Shown here: positions 62,920 through 64,000 of the stretch, one piece after another | Position numbering within the stretch: position 1 is the stretch's first letter | Layout of the letters: each line of letters opens with the position of its first letter | Assembly: GCA_009103225.1 (NCBI GenBank) | Contig: RHPI01002069.1 | Location: forward strand, 2,442,846-2,506,845 | Origin: Chlorokybus atmophyticus | Lineage: Eukaryota > Plantae > Mesostigma and Chlorokybus algae | Direction: 5' to 3' | Length of the DNA stretch: 64,000 bases | Notes under the pieces: generated by a model | Database searches by the model: none | Seen by the model: only the letters and a program-made list of their open reading frames with translations | Told to the model about the DNA's origin: nothing | Translations under genes and position numbers: made by a program

Positions 62920-64000
62920 CTAAGGGTTGTTGCCTGGCGCAGCTCTCCGCCTTGCCTTCTTCTCACGCCAGCGTTGTGCACCTTGTCTTGCTTCAGGGAC
63001 AAAGGTTGGGTACAAAGCGTGTGGCGAACAACATCTCCGCCCAGTCTTAGAAGGTTCGCCCAGTTGGTTCATGCACTTGACAGGGTCCCAGCGGTAGCGT
63101 AGCCAAATAGCATCCGCCTCTCTCGCAGTGTGCTCCCGTCGCTCTTTCTCTAGCCGCTTCCCCTCTTCAACAGCTTGCTTGGCCAGAACCTTCTCTTTTT
63201 GTGTGCGCTCTCTTTCTTCTCTTGCTTGCTTAGCTGCTGCTTTTGCCTTCATTGCTGATGTCCTCTCTGCGTTGCGAGGACGCTCAGCCGCCTTAGATGC
63301 TGCAGTAGCTGCTGCTTCTTCTGCCTTACGCTTGTGTGCCTCTTTCCTTATCTGCACTGCTTCCTTGTCCGCTGCTGCCCTTGTTTATAACTCCTGTTGT
63401 ATTCTCTCTCAAACGCCTGGTTGCCTGTTAATAGCTTAGCAGCCTTGATTAGACGTTTGCGAGGGGGTGGTGCAGCAGGTTGTGTTTCAACAGAAGCGGG
63501 AGCTCCTTTGGCTTCTGAAGGATCAGCAGGGCTATCTCTCTCTCTGTTGATAGCGCAAAGCTGACAGGCCAGGGGTCTCCTGACGCAGAGGGAAGTACTT
63601 GTAACATGCATGCTTGTTGAGTGGGATGATGCCGCATGCTCAAAACCCAAAGATGATGTTGGTAGCAGAGAGGCCCTGCAGGTATGGTTGAGAAAGTAGG
63701 CTGAGGTACTCCCCCTTGCTGAGGTCTTTGTTGCTGCGTGTGTTCTGCCTCTCCCGGTAAACTTTCTTGTGGCATTTCCGGAATGGATGAAAGCACGACA
63801 CATCGAGCACCTGGAGCCTGTGCGTGGTATGGGGGGGTAGTACCATGATGTGCAGTCCTGCATTGCGTGCAAACTCCAACATGCTTGCATAATACCTGCT
63901 GATGTGGCCGTCCACAATCAGCAATGCAGGGCTTTTTGGGTTAACCCCTCTAGGAATGTGCGTGCACAGGTGTCCGGTCCACTTCTCGAAGATGAGCGTG
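62920..64000 (-). mobile_element. pogo/Fot1-like (DDE_1) transposase remnant, runs off window
   Basis: IFEKWTGH...PALLIVDGH...LHIMVLPPHTTHRLQVLDVSCFHPFRK, followed by a basic coiled-coil tail. Confidence 0.85.

Overview
Eukaryotic, intron-rich green-lineage DNA. IFT20 and PIH1 genes indicate a flagellated organism, and WAT1-like, GT29 and PC-esterase genes suggest an early-diverging streptophyte alga (inference). The left half (1-30.8 kb) is gene-rich with CA/TG-repeat introns: Trp synthase alpha 5' end, IFT20, an EamA/WAT1 transporter, a double-GT29 sialyltransferase-like gene, a membrane-anchored SAM methyltransferase, a PIH1 protein and an SGNH/PC-esterase. At least five introns appear to use GC donors. 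The right half (31-64 kb) is a nested transposon pile. It holds a decayed PHD-Ty3 element carrying a tandem TRIM whose LTR/PBS junction forms a tRNA-like Pol III promoter, a head-to-head TTAGGG palindrome, an L1-like LINE and a chromovirus remnant. It also holds a self-priming Ty3 element encoding a C5 DNA methyltransferase, broken by a 3.5 kb internal inversion. Further right are an AcademX transposon whose frame seems to run on into Tudor exons next to a phage-type C5 methyltransferase, and a pogo-like transposase. Exon boundaries and domain calls were made by eye; no searches were run.
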